From Eledone cirrhosa (lineage: Eukaryota): a DNA stretch of 64,000 nt. Position 1 is the first letter of the stretch; every line of letters begins with the position of its first letter. A program made the translations under genes and the position numbers. The DNA is taken from contig OZ024741.1 in assembly GCA_964016885.1 (NCBI GenBank), positions 212,350,001 through 212,414,000 of the forward strand, read 5' to 3'. This document shows, in pieces, positions 63,039-64,000 of the stretch. The notes under the pieces are model-generated. The model worked only from the letters and a program-made list of their open reading frames with translations. It was not told the DNA's origin and made no database searches.

Positions 63039-63102
<64 letters not shown>

Positions 63103-63239
63103 AATATATACAAATACATATATATATTTCTCTCCATTTATATATCAGATTATTATATATATATATCTGTTTATCTGTGTTTTTATAAATACTCACGCAT
63201 ACATACATATACACACACACATATACATACATATATGTA

Positions 63240-63849
63240 TGGTGGCTGCCAACTCGTTTTCGAGTACGGCCACTACTTTATATCCATGTAGGAGAACCCC
63301 TACCGATGCGCTGAACGAGTGTGACTTTTTAGTCCAGCCAGCGACTTGAAAACTCTGGTACAAACACTACACTTGTGACAATTATTGACACATAGTTCTG
63401 GGCCCATGGTACCATGTAACGACAAGTGCAGAGAGATCTCCAGATATAAAGCAATGCCTGTGCCGTGAAGCTTTTATAGTGAGCAAAGGCACTGCACAAA
63501 GCCAGTCCCACTCTCTTAACCAAGATGATATTTACCAAAAAGAAGAACAAGTCAACATCATTGGATACCATCAGGGTTGCAGGTGTTATATCAGAGTTTT
63601 CCTTCTCCTAGAATTCTGCCTTGACAAAGGCTAAGGGGTCATCTCTCCCGGTGATTTTGGATGGCCATTGACTCTTAAGAGCTCCTTTGCCCTTTGACAG
63701 GTTTTGTTTTTAGTCCTGCAGGATGTCCAAAGCCACCCGCCTCACCAAGAAACCTTGGTGGGGTTGCCAGTTTAGTCGCCAACGACCCGACCATGAGACA
63801 GGTTGTACTGGGATACATGTTACCAGTAGCACCAATTGGTGACCTGACA
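63240..63849 (-). mobile_element. 610-bp interspersed repeat, copy 2
   Basis: Direct repeat of 5569-6178 at offset 57,671; flanked by TA/TACA microsatellite on both sides. Confidence 0.6.
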
Positions 63850-64000
63850 TAATACATACATATATACATACATATATACATACATAAACATAAGCACACT
63901 TATATATATATATATATTTATATGGATATATATATATTCATATATATATATGTATATATACATATAGATTTATATAGTCGTGCATATATACATATATACA

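Overview
Eukaryotic, repeat-dominated, gene-free window. The SINE sequence and dense (TA)n tracts resemble octopus/cephalopod DNA (inferred from recall, not verified). About 77% (~7490-56558) is one satellite array of ~1,260 copies of a 39-bp monomer. It has two common binary variant sites and nested block duplications of irregular size; the giant ORFs (up to 9384 aa) are by-products of a 39-bp unit that is stop-free in three frames. The left flank holds a decayed but ORF-complete Penelope-like retroelement (minus strand; RT with YRDD, Cys-rich linker, GIY-YIG; Naiad-like). It sits between ~685-bp inverted repeats, each carrying a degenerate hammerhead-ribozyme-like motif with an unusually long stem II. 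Also present: two tRNA-type SINE copies, two ~98% identical 610-bp repeats bracketing the satellite, two copies of a palindromic foldback/MITE element whose differences are mirrored in both arms, a 75-bp minisatellite and many microsatellites. No host protein-coding gene is supportable. The best leads are the PLE inverted-repeat/hammerhead architecture, the structured borders of the satellite (possible transposon origin) and the arm-homogenised palindromes.
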